From Fimbriosthenelais zetlandica (Eukaryota): 64,000 nucleotides of DNA. A program made the position numbers and the translations under genes. Where the stretch lies: assembly GCA_977030845.1 (NCBI GenBank), contig OZ365113.1, positions 17,856,001 to 17,920,000 on the forward strand. Direction: 5' to 3'. The notes beneath the pieces are model-generated. The model did not search any database, had not been told where the DNA came from, and saw only the letters and a list, made by a program, of their open reading frames with translations. Below are positions 26,701 to 42,100 of the stretch, in pieces (within the stretch, counting starts at the first letter, position 1; every line of letters begins with the position of its first letter).

Positions 26701-29700
26701 TTTGAAGGACTGAAGCAAATGATGAATAAGAACATTCATGCTAGAGACCCTTTTTCACAAATGCTTTTTTCTTGCATGTACTTCCATTAAAATGATTACG
26801 GGTCAATCAGTATGGATCCATGCCCAGGGCTGAATATTGCCCAATACTTACGATAGACTTCATATTTGGATAATATATTTAGTTGTCAAAGCATCCAACT
26901 ATAACAAAGCCCCTTTTAAGGGATTTTAGATTGCAGTAGAAAATGCGCGGAGAGTTCTAAGCCTACACCTTGTAACAAACGCCTTTTAGTGAATGATTAC
27001 AATTAGTTTCTGTGCAGAACAGAATGCTCTGGATAACATGTTGTAAAGACATTTAAAAAAAGTGGAAGCTGACAAAACTGCAAACCCGTAAAAAGAATAA
27101 ATATATGCCATGCAGCACAGGCAATATTTTCAAGATCAATATATTTCTAAACCCTTGCCCTGTAAGTAGTAAAGCGAGCAGCTGTAGGGACCCACTGATT
27201 TCAGTCTTTCTATAAAGGTAACTTTCTCTGAGCCTATAAATCATTGCCAATGGCTGAGGGATGGCCGAGGCCTCCACAGTCATTTACCAGTTAATGCAGA
27301 TGCCAATGGCATCTCACTTTGGCTCGGGCTATTTCAATAGTAAACCAATGAGACTGTGATGGACCGACGATTCCTTCAGCAAACTTCAATACAGACAGCC
27401 AAGGGGAGAACTTTATGGAGAGGCAAATGTACAGACTTGTAAAGGCAAGAAATAAATCAGTTTTACTCCATTAAAGCTGAATGGGATTTTGATTTGATTG
27501 CAAAAGTCTTCCGTCGGCGGATTGATTTATTTTGCATTTTAGTAATCAGCAATCTCGTCGGGCGCTTGCTCCTGCTTTATCATCTTTTAACAGGTCATAG
27601 CACATACCTGAATAGTAATTACTTTATCTTCAAGAAAAAATCACAAGAATTTAAACACTGGCTCATCCCTTTGTCAGGATTTGACTTCTCATAGAATGGG
27701 CAGGCCCTGAGATTGGTCATTTCCTAATTTGGCCGCCGTTCCTACATTGGCCAATAACTCAGCGGGGTGGCTCTGGATATTGACATTTTGTTGCCTTACC
27801 AGTGCTATGATAGGAAGGGGGTTGGCTAAGCGAAACCATGACTTCCATTCTAACCATACTAATTGTCGTGATCAATCGATGTTGGCATGGCAGGCCCAGC
27901 AGTCTATGGCCCGGCGGATAAAAAGCATTAGGAGGCCTACTTGTGTGGAATTGAAAAACAAGGAAGGAATTAATTGAATCGAGACACAGCAGTAAAACAC
28001 CTTCAAGAGAAATATCTTGGGTAAAAGGATGCAATGGAGAGTAGGAGCCAAACAAAAAACACAATAATTTATTTCCATTTATCATTTCATAAACCACTTG
28101 AAGTTCAAAATAGAGCGTCTTCTATTTGGAGAATTAACGATTAAATAATTCAGACAAATAATTTTGGTCTGAAAAATAAACAACCTTTACAAAACAGTCG
28201 CCAGGATGAATGACATCCCTCGGAGTAAAAAGTCTTACAGAAATATTCAAAGGGCAGTACAGATCACATATCTCTTTCATCTAAATGAAGTCAATTATTA
28301 GGGAAATCACCTTCCAAATGATTCATTCGAAAATGAAGTCATTCTCAATTGGTTTCTCCGAGAAGAACATTCATTGGTTCATAAAATATTGCAAAGCCTT
28401 CCAAAAGAGTCCTGAAGGAATCAATGGACAAAGACCAAAATGTTGAGATCACAGAACTTCCTAACTGGCAAAAGGAGAGATGATTATGAAAAGAAACCGG
28501 TAGTTTGGCCCCCAAAAGTTAATAGGCGGGAATACACTGACAAGAAACATAAAATAGTGTAGGGGACTAGTGATGGAAACCCAATGGTCGTTCGCCTTTG
28601 ACCTGCGTCTTTTTGGCCTAATGGAACTTCACTGAAATTTGTCTTATTTTTCGAAATGTGATTACACCGTTTCCAAAATGCACCTAAAACCAATCTATCA
28701 TTCTAGAATGTACGATGTCTTCTACCAAAATTTATAAAATCTATAGGAGGGTTGGTAGATATATGACCCTGTCTATGCAGGCCTATATTTTAAAGGCTGT
28801 TCGGGATTCCCTTTCCTGGCACCACTTACCAATATAAAAGCAATACCTCATGAAACTAAGCAAATCTCAAGACTTGCCTCGTGGGAACCCTTCTACCAAG
28901 ACCTCCCTGAAGATGCCATCTTTTTGGTGCCACCTCAGTGAATTTGATTGCGCAATTCCTGTTCCATGGAGACCCGGTGATGGATGGGACTTGAGGGAAG
29001 ATGGCGGTAATCAGATTGTATGCTTTAGTTTTTAACAAGAAATATATATAGGTGATGTTATTAAACTTTCCTGCTCCCAGCTGTATTTGACATTTCTTGC
29101 ACTTGACCACAAAACGATACGCAGCAAAACTGAAAGTTTTTGCTGAAGTTTCCTAAATGGCATCCTAAGCAACAACCTAGTTTAAGTACTGCCTGGAAAT
29201 CAGCTCTATGTTATCCCTACTTTCCTGTTTGGTGGCTTCCTGAACTTGCATAACCCAGCTGATCTCTTGGTCACTGTGGCAATTCAATTGCCGGTGTGTC
29301 GTCAAACTCAGTGCTTTCACTGCCAAGGATTTTATCACAGGCTTTAAGGCAAGCCAGCCAGCCAGCCTCTATGAGAGGGCTTCCTGAAGGGTTATTCATG
29401 ATTCTGATGCAGCCTCTTCTCTGTAAATGGGCTGGAAAAAGCGGTCACTGACTCCTACAGAGGTTCTTTATATTAAGTATATCTTATGCCATTAGTTGCG
29501 TCAGTGAATAACAACTATAGGAATGGATTTGGCATGGCAGATGTTTTTTACAACATGCAGATGCTCTGTGTATGTGAATTGCATGAAAGAATACGCATTT
29601 TACTCTTTTATGGATTAAGAATATATGTTGAACCTGGGACGTTATTTGGATTTGTGCTCCAAAAGTCAGCTCTTACATCAATTTTCTTGTAAAGTGTATT

Positions 29701-32700
29701 ATTTTGGAGGGATGAGAAAAGGAATCATTGTTGGCAAATGGAACATCGGTAGTCCTTAATGCGCTTATAACATTTCACAGCAGCCACCTTTGCCTTTAAA
29801 AGCGAGGCAATCAGACCTCAACATGATTCTATTCATGTACATGTCAGGGTTTGGCATTTCAAGGCATTTGAACGTGTCGAGGTACACAGCAGTCATTAGC
29901 TAGTTATGAGGGAAAACAAACATATACAGAGATGGTGAATGTGAGCTTATTTTACACCGATTCAATTTGCTGATGTCATGTATGAGAGGAATGTATATTT
30001 AAGGCATTTTAAGTTTCTTCCTTCAATACGCATAAAGAGTATTCAGTAGAGTACTTGCATAATTGAGGATGATCGTGTTCATATGAACTATAGTCTATAG
30101 ATCCGATTGAAAGGAAAGGCTGAAAATCTATGGATATATTGCGTCTACAGAACACTAAAAGGCCCGTGGAACTAATGTTCATTTTCTGCAAGAAAAACTT
30201 CCTTGGTTGACTCAGAAGGGGAAACGAGACTTTTAGAAGAAAAAAAGATAGCTGTCTAAGTCACACAGGCAAGCTGTTGCAACGCCAGCGAGACGCTTCA
30301 AATTACATCCAGAAAACGGGGAGGATGTTGATTGCTCTATGCAAATTAGACCTGGATCCTAATAGGAATCTGTATGGATTAGTGAGCCTGAGCCCCCCTG
30401 CCTAGCAATGGATCTAAAGTACCGTAGATTAGGTATTAATTCTACTTCAGTCCCGTCTAGGTATTAAAAAGAAGGGAAAGGCTCCAAGGCAGGATCACAT
30501 GAATATTGCATACAAGGTATAATGATTCATGTTAGGGAGGCAATACTGACTATGATTTCAGGGTTTAGGTAGAATACTGGGTGATTTGGCTGAGAATCCA
30601 GGATGAAAGACTCTGATTACAGTCATTGAACTCTTAAAACTTCATTGCTTGATAAAGGAGCAAATTACTACATTGGCATTGTGCCAAAAGAGTTGTCCTA
30701 GCCCTGATATTTTGTACCAACAAATAATATAATCTCAGATCGCCCAAGTCGACAGCCACATTACAAGACAAGAAATTGAAGAACTTATGTACATACATGT
30801 GAGCCTTGCAATTATCGAGTCCATATTATCTTAGAATTTTCTCAGTCGCCACTCAGACCGAGCCTGCGTCTAAAACCGTTTAGTTATATATAGTTGATGG
30901 AGAATTGCTTGAATTGAAATTATTATGTGAGGTTGGAATAATTGAATAATGGCTTTTCAGATTTCAACTAAAGTGGTTCAAGTTGACCGGGTCTACATAA
31001 TATTATTATATTAAAAATAAGATGAGAAGGGAATGACAGGAACATGATTCTGATTAAATCCTGTTCAGCTACAGAGCAGCTAGGCTGTCAATGGATCTAG
31101 ATGATAAATGTGGGAATGGCATGTTTCAATTCCATGAAGGGGAAAGGAAAAGAAGAAGGGTCCCCTCAGCAGTATCTACTTCAAGGAAGAGATCCTTGTA
31201 ATGTTTGACTAAAACATACGCACGAAGAAATGAGCGGGTGTCTTTTAAAAGACTTCAGTCCAGGAATATATACCAACCAAATTCTCATTTGGGCAATTGG
31301 CCTCGTATCAACAGAAGATATAGGCAGAAGATGCGAAACCTCCATACGAAGATATTTGAAAAGTGAAATCAATGACAGAAATCAGGATGACAGACAGGGC
31401 CCTCGATTCAGATTTCAGGATTGTAAAATATTATAGACCTACAATGGTGTCATAGAAATGGTGTGAAGAATTCCAGCTGCATCTCTCAAGTCAAGCTCGA
31501 GAATGCTAGTGCCCGTCCTGTCAGATTCCCCTCTTCAGCTTTATTCATAGTCCAAGCAGCACATCCAAGTGTCACTAAACATGTACATTGAGCTTCCGGC
31601 GGTGTGTATAAATGAGTAAAACATGAGGCATTAGCACCCCGTCCTCACGACTGAGTGTTAGGATGGGTGGAAGAGGTGTTGATCATGTGGAATGGACTGC
31701 TTAAATCAGTATTTTTTTCTATCACTTATAGCACACCTAGTCCAGAGTGGCTTTGTGGGATGCACACTAACCTCCTTTTCTATGGGACAAGGGGACAGAA
31801 CACAATACTAAGGGGCACAAGAGTACGGTTCAATGGTATCTCCATGCATAAACAAGAAGCTGGCATAAAGTCTTACATTCCTCATCATCCAATATACTTG
31901 AGGTGAGGAAATTTACAGCAAAAGATTTGGCTATACATGGATAGTGGTTCGGCGTTTTGAAATTCAAACCGAAGTAGGTTATTGATGCTTGTAGACCAGT
32001 GAAAGCGAGGTGATAAAGGCTTCTTGGTTCTTTATATAGATTATTTCTGAATTAACTAACCTGTAGCCTACTTTATGAAGATCATGTCGTGCATTTCAGA
32101 ACACCAATGCTGTTCACGGTTTTCCATCCACTATCCTCTTTATTTAATGTTTGCCAATCACAATTTTAATGAATTTTTAAAAAATGGCGGACACATGCAA
32201 TGTCAACATAAGAATCCAATGACATGGGTTCGCTGAAGAGATTTTCACTTCTTAAACCACCAATGCGTGTGCTGTTAGAACTGTGTTGAATTAGTCAATA
32301 TTTTCAAGTTCCCCAGTTGGAAACACCTGGAGATCTTATTATAGATATAATCCGTGTTTTAACTGACTCAGCCTTTCATCTATTAAAAGTTTCGCATTGA
32401 TCTTTAAGAGACGAGCCTACTACGGTTATGTGCATATTTTATGTAGATCTTTACTTAACTTTAAAACGCTCTGCCTCCATTAAGTTGAAATAAATGCTTG
32501 GATGTTCTTTTCACACTTAATAACTCAATCAATCAACCATTTCCTTACTTGTCCATCCGGGAAGGAAGCATTGATGTATTGAAGCACATCTTTTACACAT
32601 TCGAAGCTGATCTCTACACGACATTTGGAACTTTGATATTAACCCAGACGCTATTTATATTTAAGTGACTGATACTTGCTTGAGACATGATGAGCACGAA

Positions 32701-33138
32701 GTCACGCTGTCCACCGTAATTGGCCTTATTATATTTTTTTGTGTAAAGTAGTTCTAAACGAATAAACAAATTAATGAGCCTCTTCGATCCATGCTATGCA
32801 AAAGCACATATTATGACTATATGTGAGACGGATATACAAGCAAAATAAATGGGGTATATTTTCTTAAATATATGCACATGGCTCCACTTCTTTGACGTAA
32901 TTAGATACATCACAGCCTTGTACATGTATTCTGAGACTTGAATTAATTTCTTCACAGCCATATTATTCTGATAAGACTGAGTACGCCAAATTGTAGCTCT
33001 TCTGCGATTGTGTTACATACTTAGAAAAACAGCTTTCCATCCATCATACAAACTCATGTCGATAAGGGAGTATGCAAAAAGCAGAGCATTAAAACTGTCC
33101 CTCTATATATATGCCTGTTTCAGCTGCCAGATTTGATT

Positions 33139-33175
33139 ATATGCTAGAGAGATGATTATCATCTCTCTAGCATAT
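33139..33175. repeat. Perfect inverted repeat, 18-bp arms with 1-nt spacer
   Basis: ATATGCTAGAGAGATGAT-T-ATCATCTCTCTAGCATAT read directly from the sequence. Confidence 0.9.
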
Positions 33176-36100
33176 CATCATGATACGTTTTGCACTAGTA
33201 TATCTGCTTCATTTAGGATCTTCTCAACGAAATGCCATGATGCTAATCACAGGCCTTTAATACAATAGAAATGAAGGCTTGAGGTTGAAGTATCACAAAG
33301 CATTGGACTTGTTTTTATTCAACTCATATGACGACTTCCTCCGTACAAGTACTTCGATTTATACAGATTTTTTGGTAGAGTTGGTTATGAAACAAGATCT
33401 CGACCTTCTGAATTTATTTCGAAGTATTTATCAGTAGCCCTCTGCTCCCAGAGGAAATCAGGGCCACCTACCTGGGAGTCAGAGACACCTACAAGCGTCA
33501 ATATTCCATCAAATTCACTGTAGCTGCGGGGAATGGAACAGAACATGCCACCGGCCAAAAGAACTATACAAATCTCTTACATAAATTTCATTGCCAATCT
33601 ATTAGTTGCCCGTACTATTTCTTCCGTAATGTACTACTTTACACAAAAAGATCATGGCAAGTGAAACAGGGAGTCTATAGATTCTAGAATGTAATGCGAA
33701 ATTATGGTCTTTATATTGGATTTATTGGGTCATAATTTTCAGTCATTTTGTTCAAGGACTATTTGTCTAGCACAAGAGATGACAAGAGGTGAATGGTGGT
33801 AGCATTTGTCAGTGGTAAAGTAATTATTGCAGCAGAAATCAGAGCAACTGTGAGAGCCTGATTAGCCTGGCCCACAAAATGACAACTCAAAGGCCTCACC
33901 TTCCTTTCATAGAAGCCTGACCTTTACCATCGGTCCATGGAGGTTGTTATTGAACAGCTCCAAATGACCAGAGCATAGGTTAGACTACTCTGAGTGGGCT
34001 GAAATAACCTTCATAACCTCCCTGACATCACCACGCAGATGACTTAATATCCTCTAATAAGTTGTAACTATAGACTGAACTTTTTTTTCTGAGAGATTAA
34101 TCCTCAACACACAGTCCATTAAGACAATGTACGCACATATTACTGTTGTTGAAAGCGTTTCTTATTATTATTAAGAATTATTAAACAATTGCTTCTGCAT
34201 TTCACATTTGATTCATTTTTCATTATTTATATTTCAACATCTTCTCATGTGAAAATCGATTAGCCTTCCTTATTCCGACAGGTAGCCTATATATGTATGC
34301 GATGTATATATCTGTAAACAACCTACATATACGGACATAGATCTGTTCCTGGTGGGAACAGAACACCTGTTCTTGGTTTGAGCTTCCCTATTCACCTACA
34401 GAAGTAGCCATTTCCTTGAAACCTTGTGCATGACCTCAGGCATGCCTTGTGTAGGATTCCCACCTCTCAGCTCTGTGTGAGCCTCGAGACCTGAACAAAA
34501 CATCTTAAGCCATGGATCCACATATCTATTCCCGCATCCCATTTGTCAAATAGATCAATAATAAACATCAAAACCTGTCTAATATACACTATATATATAT
34601 AAAGAGAAGTTACATCACATAGAATGTACTAATATGTAGATATCTATTCGGACATGGATTGTAATAGATATCATTCACAATAATAGCAAAGTGAACTTCT
34701 GTTTACATTGTACAAAACCATAATGTCCTAATGGAAAGCAGTCCTGCCAGTATTGTCTTACAAAAGGTTTTATATCATATACAGCTGAGTTATCAGGTAT
34801 CCACAGCATTGTGTGTGTCGCCCTTAATAATCAGCAGGGACCTTTCCCTTGAGAAATTCCATTTAGTTCATATAGTTTGCCATTGTACATTCACTATGGA
34901 GCGGGAATATATCCTACATTGCACAGGTTGAATCAACTGTTGTACAAGGTGGGTCATGAAGGCTGAGAGCGCCACCATGCAGTATTTTTGATTCTATATG
35001 AACTATGTGACATCGTTACGCATGGTAGGCAAATGGATTGTCTTGCATATGGAACAATTGGGAAGAAGTCTACAAGTAATTGAAAGCAATTACAATCCGG
35101 CCTCGTGCCTGTACGTAGGCCTATGTCAATTGTCATGGAACTAACGCAAAATTGCCCTTCATGACAATATAATGGAAATCCTACAGATAGGCAATATCAT
35201 CTCTATTCTTCAAGCTTTCATTTAAGTCTTGTGCCTAGACTCTATCCTCAATAACGTCTGTACATACTATACTAGTGATTTTTCACTGTTTTAAGCCTGG
35301 GCCCTTTACTTACCAACGTTATAGCCAAACCAAGCACCAACACCCACTCGTAAATTCCCTATGCCACGCAAACACCGACAGCCATGCACATTGCCATCAC
35401 TACTGCCAAATCCTATTATCCTCATCTCATCTATTATCGCCCTGCCTTGTGGGGAGAACAATAAATTTGATTACCAAATCTTCGTCTTGTGGCGCACTAC
35501 CAGAATGTAACGCATCTCGTGAGACGCTGCCAGTCTCGTGCTAATTGAGATGTGTTTAGGCCGGAGTCAGCAACGTGCCCCAAACAGTGTTGTATATCAA
35601 GATCATGTTATGCATTACTTATAACCTCAGGGCTAAGTCAGGAAACGATACTTCTACTCAACTGAACAGTTTTATTACATGTGTACCTGATGTAGCTAGA
35701 AATATTTCATCCTAACATGAAAGTGATATACATAATTATTTTCTAGAGGGTGAAACATCCAGAGCTATTTGCAAATCTTGCAGAAAACCAAGTGCTGCTG
35801 CTTAAACTTTTTGTTGTTTGGTTCCTTTGCAAAGGAGAAAGCTGAGCTATGTAATCGGTCTTTTGGGGGCATTGTCCCCTAGCCTCAATGGCTGGAGACT
35901 GGTAGGATTCTAACAGGGAGGGCCCACATCCCTGCAGTATATGCTCTGTTTCTCTAAAAGTAGAGACAGGTTGCATTCACCAGGCCTCCCAGGGTAATAA
36001 GCAATGACCTTTATTGATTTGTATAGGACCTTCGACTAAATTACCCAAGTGGCAAGTGAGGCATGGCCTGAATGCAAGCTTAAGTATCACATTTTTCACT

Positions 36101-39100
36101 TTGATATAGAAGATTTGTGTGGCAAAATGGTATCCTCCAGAGGGGTAAGAAGGAATACTTGAGTTATTGGAAAGTGACCTATGCCTCGGATTTGACTTGT
36201 ATGGACATTTTGCATCCACGACCACATGGATGGGGACTTTGCATCATTGCTTGACATGAGCCAGTGTTACATGATCGATGTCACCTGCAGATTTGACGCA
36301 TGTAGTATATGGCACCACAAGAAGTACATGCAAGAATCTATGAACTAAAGCCTCAAGGAATGAGACCTGTATGTTTGATGGCGTTTTTTAAAGTTCTGAG
36401 TTAACTTCTAATCTGAATGACATTTTGTAAGATCCATCCAAATTTTTTACATGATCAAACATCAAGCGAAATTTTACTAGATAGATTAGCATTCAGGAAC
36501 AAAATGTCGAAAAACTGGGATATCATTTTTCCGTATAGGCAAAAATTAATAGTGAAACGGGTATCTAGATTTGTAAACCTGCCTAGGGTGGCCTTATGCT
36601 CTTGTGTCCTCCTAAGATGAGGATGAGATTGCCAAATGATCCTATTCTGAATGGGCCAATCAATATTATTCTGTTTTCTGTTCCCTTTGACAGGTCCCAG
36701 ACGTCTGACTGCCGGCTTTAATAGACATAACAGAAAGTTGTCTGTAGACCACTGAATATGGTGCCCCCAATGCTCACTATTGCTATCATTTCTGAGAAAT
36801 GAGAGGGTATCTGCTTACATGTATGCGCTTACATGCCATCACTCAAGTACATCATGATGTCTTTTGTTCTGAGGAAAAAAAATTGCATGAATTCTTTCTT
36901 ATTCAAGACAATAAACGCTTAAGGCCATTGCAATGAATATCATACATGTACATGTATATATATGTTTTACATTTTTTAAATCTTATCTGTTTCAAAAGTT
37001 GAATATTGCTGAGTGGAAAGTTCAGGAGGTAAGTTTTTGAAGCAGCTATACGTACAATGCGATACATACAGGAAATGATAGAGAACGACCTTTATGTGGC
37101 TCTGGCCTTGTATTTATCTATGTAGCCCTTCTGCTGCAGTGAAAGCACGAAAATATTTTTATACATCCGTCACTTTCTCTCCTTCCATATGTTGATTACA
37201 TTCAGAGAGAATGTCTCTTCAGACAGCTGGCAAATCCTACCCCATGTGGAGGTTCTCCATTAACGCCCTACACTTCCTATTTTACGAGCGCACAGTTACA
37301 TTGTATGCGCCCATAACATAAAAACGCTTCATGTGGTTTGAATACCAAAATCTGGGCAGATGTTTTATTATGCAGCACCAACTCCATATGACAAAAGGTG
37401 TCGTATTCACTTACAGCAGTGACATCAGTTGTACATATATAGAGCAAACATTTTGCTGGCTGTGGCGATACAAAATATTAAACTCATGGATGGCCATGCA
37501 TACATCTCATTGTAAAACTGCAAATAATTGAGCAAAGCTATACCTTGTGACAAACTTAGTATCAACTAGATGTATTAAGTTTATTTTGTTTTTGAGGGCA
37601 ACTAATTATATTGGCCTTCAGGTTCCATTGAGGTGTATTGTCCACCAACATATTCCAGAGATAATATAATGAAGTCATAGTACAACTAGTATGGGTGCTA
37701 TCTAAGATAAATGTGATCATCCACCTAGAAACAACCCTTGGTCATGGTTATTCTGTTTTCCATTTTCTACCCTCTACTAACTCCAATTTCCTGATTTGTC
37801 TTTCTCTGCTGACCGTGGATTCGTTATTCCTTCTATTCCGCGGTTGCAGATACCATTTTCGGGAAGGCCACAGCCTTGATGGAGTTAACCACTCGAGAAA
37901 CAGCAACAGGGCCATATCTCAGGAGAAGGGGGGAGTAAGCAGAGAACGAGGACCCTACAGAAAATGTTACAAGTAAAGGCAAGCTAGCTGATGCAGGTTG
38001 GACCTCTTTCAACAAATTGGACATCCTTGCCATTGCTGTTTACTGGCTTAAATGAATGAATGGTGATTTAACGCCATGCTAGCGGTTAAGGCTATATTAT
38101 GGCGAGATTTCCTGGGTTAAGTTTCCAAAATTGCTCTTAAGACATGCTGATGAGCAGACCATGAAAGCCATATAAATTTTCTGTAGACATCTGCCTAGCG
38201 AAGCTTATTCCCCAACACCTCATGATCTCATAAAATTTTCATTTGCATCTTGATCAACAAAAAAGGCCTGAGGACATGAATTGAAAATAATGGATTGTTT
38301 TGAATCGCCAAAGAGACTAATGATTGATACTTGGACTGATTTCTTCTAACAGGAAAAAAAATTGGTTTTAATCGAAGTTTGTCAGTGGAGTGCATTTTCA
38401 CATGGACGAACCTGATAGGCGCTGAAACGCTTGTTTATTCAAATTACTGAAGTTCAAGCCAGGACATGCATTGAAAGGCTTCATTTTGCTGAGGAAAATG
38501 TTGACATTGAATAAAAATGGTTGGCAAAGGAAATTAGAATTAGATGAGGCATGAAGACAAGAGAGGATTGACATTTAGGAGAAAAGCATTTCAAATTGAT
38601 AGCCAAGTCAGATAAGGTGGAATGTCAAATCCAATGACATCTTCGATTGGAAATGTTTCAGGCAAGTGTTCTAATACTTGACAAGCAGGATATGGGAAAT
38701 AAATTCCCAAATTCGTAAACAATAGGGTTCTGTAGCTAAGACATGCATATGCCATGATCGAGCACCTCTTGATACAGCCAAATCTAGATTGCAGCATCAC
38801 AAACAGGTACAGGTATTTTTTGGCAAGAGAAAAAATTGCCCAGTAGACAATAATATATGTGACATTCTGTCATCTATTTTTTTCATCGAGGGTGTCTGAT
38901 GCTAGTGCTTAGACCACCAAAGAAGGAACTATCTATAGAGTTGCAAGGGGAATATTATCTGGCACTAAGCAGACAAGTATATCACAGGTTTATTAACTTT
39001 TATAACCTTATCTCACTGGTCTGCATGTGAATTACTGTACCCAAACGCACGAACAAGCACAGGTGGTTGAGCATCAGTATTATCACTCTAAGCCCCTCAA

Positions 39101-42100
39101 AGCCTGCAACCTGCAGTTTTGCTGTAAAATTCTCGGCACTGACATTTGGAAACCCGTGGGACTATTGGGTTTAGTGCAGCAAATGAGTTGGCTTAGTATT
39201 CTAGAAACAAACTACAAGATGGCTTAGGGCTAAAAAGATTGGTTCCTTCGAAAATTGCGAAACTGTGCCGGATTGCAATGACACTGGGGACGGATAATTG
39301 CAGTATTTATCCTGGTGATAAATGCACAATAATACTTGCACCAGAATGTATATATCCATGAACATTTCCTAAAAAAGATTGCCTATTTTTACGCTTTGAA
39401 AAAGTATTGTTTTCCCTTGGACCACGTTCAGTGTAATACATGTTGGCCTCACTGATATGACTGTCGCAGGCCTGTCTTATCGCGGAGTTGACTTCACGGT
39501 GACATTCATTAGATTATGGAATACATATTTGTTCATTTATTGAATGAAATACTTCCACAACTAACGTTGTCATGATCGAAGACAAGTATCTCCTGTATCT
39601 AGACTTCTCTTTCTATCTTGTTAGCAGATACACTAGTCTGAAGGAGATGGATTTTGACTGGATCAAGTTGCTTTATAAAATAGTTTTGGCTGGCTTTATT
39701 TTGCTGGGAAACACTGCAGTCTGGCCACATGTGTGCATCCAGCTGGCAGCATATTGACAGGGTTGGGTTCAGGGGTGGGTAATACATCAGGCCAGTGTTA
39801 GAAAAGCCACTGTCATGCCCCATTTAGTGTTCCTGGAGCAAATCATGGGACGCAAGCGTTCTGCCCATTGTGGCCTTGCGATGCTATCAGACAGCCGTCC
39901 CTAACAAGATTTGCCTCCCCTGTCGTAATGTGACCAATGTAGCCTGGACAGCTGCATCTAACCTCCCAAATCTCTCTACAGACTTTAAAATCGATGTGCC
40001 CAATGAGAAAGAAAACAGCCTGGATAGTAAACGCATTCCACAGACGAGTTAACCTGTAGTGGTTCACGCTGGATTTAGGCAGAGTAGCAGGGTGTGTGGT
40101 ATATACCAACTCCACTACGCTCCACTTGATTTGATCAACACTCTGACAAGAATGGACTTCTTAGGCACTTTGTCATGAGCTCAGGGAACCGAACATAAGT
40201 CAACAAAAGAAAAACCTAGAAGAAAACTTTTCTTTAAGAGTTTGAGTGAGGATTTCGACCTATACGTATTACAAATGTGGCCCCTATCCACGCCATTTAT
40301 TTTCCCAGGGAAGACAAATGCATTTCATCAATGACTAGGTTACAGACGAGAGTGTACCAGGTGGTAGACAGATCCCATCTGATCACTGTTGTATAATTTG
40401 ACCATCTCTCACCAGCGCTGTAACTAGTGTGAATAGCCCAGGAATATTGCTTTCATCCTGTGCTAATCAGTTTTACAAATGAGCATGATTTCAACATTGT
40501 GATTTATACATATGACAGGGATGAAGGGAAAGGAGGCCGGGGCCATGCCCCTCCCACCATTAGAACTTTTATCGCCAGCCAATTTCAAAATTGCAATTCT
40601 GGCCAAATCCTAAGATCGTCGACATCACCTATCCTGCCACCCTCCCACATACTCTCCCACCCACTCAGTCTCCCACTAATCATCCAAGACCACCGACCAA
40701 CACCCTGCCATTTCCCCCATCATAGCGTGTATCGTCAGATTTTTTGTACTTGCTCTGTATAAAATCTATATAATCACGACATCCTCATCCTCCCTGAGTG
40801 TATGCACATCAATGAGGTTTCATTCTGTTTATTTTTTTTGCATATATAAAGAAATTTAATATCGACAACATGCACCATGTCAATTTATCAGACCTTTCCT
40901 GTATACTCGTATTTCAATTACGGTTATGACAAAAGGTGTGCATCAGCTGTCTCTAAAATGGATAAGTTGTAATACTAGAAGATGGCCACATCCATTGTAT
41001 ATGATAAAATAAATTTACCTTCTATGAAATGCAGATGAGGATGAAGTAGCAAGAACCCCATGTGACAAAATGAAAAGATTTTCTTCAATCAACTCCAACA
41101 CAATGCATCACCAACATATGCTGGCTTAATGGCAAGGAGCTGTGCCCCAGGATTCCCATAACATACAGGATGTGGCGAGGTATAGTGAAAAGCCATTACT
41201 GATATATATGCTGCCCCAAGGAGCCACGGACGTGCCTTTGGGCAAGTTGAAATTCCCCATAGATAATAGGCATAGCAGCTTCTATGGAAAAAGCCGGATC
41301 ATTTAGGTACGCTCTATATTATAGAACCTGGATTTATACTAGTTTTAATGTCTAGCCGATTTGAACCTTATCAAAGGATCTAATCAAAAATGTCCACAAT
41401 CGATCTTTACTCTTCAAAAAGACTGCAAGCATTATCTTGCATTCAAGGAAAGATAAATGGACGGGAAATGAACAGAAAATATAGGTTTAAAATATAAATG
41501 AAGGTACGTCTGGTAAGTGTTGTACAGAGCTGAGTTAAGATCCTTATTGATGAGTGGATCCCATGTATTTAGCAAGGCTCATGGCCGGGCCTGGGGCTGG
41601 TGCTACAAAGCAAACAGGGTGTCAGAAAGCTGACATGATAGACAATGGTAAATGCCATGCTCCCATCAAACATTGGTAATTGAATTTAGATGTTGGCGGA
41701 AACAGACGATCAATAATATTTAATTAATTTGTTTTACCTCACAGATCTTCCTCGGGGATTATGAAACCTATTAGGCCTACTACAATGAAACAAGGTCTAT
41801 AATGTGCACCAAATGTCCATAGACTCTATAGCCCTACCCCATTATGTCAGGTTGTATTTATAATATAATCTCAATTGCTCGGGAAGCTTAACAAAATTGT
41901 GAAATATTCCTTAAAGATTCATAACTAATGCCTTCAAGGTCCGTAACCTTTTACAAAGGGCAGACATAGGCCTAGACCGATTAACTTGTTTTATATAAAA
42001 TGGAATAATTATAAAGGGCGATTCATTGCCTTTTAGCATTTAGCCTATAGTAATGTCAATGTGATATTAAGTCATTTCCATAATTCTCTTTCCGTTTTGT

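Noticed and set aside
35743-36225. Two in-frame minus-strand ORFs separated by one TGA, with DAKCPY resembling the YqaJ EIKCPY motif
   Set aside because: The upstream SPDG motif is missing and an in-frame stop lies just before; there is no support for readthrough or selenocysteine.
36999-37028. 30-nt exon-like segment LNIAEWKVQE with a strong donor
   Set aside because: It is open only in phase 0, and the next good acceptor (about 37849) gives a stop within 10 codons in that phase; no gene model could be built.
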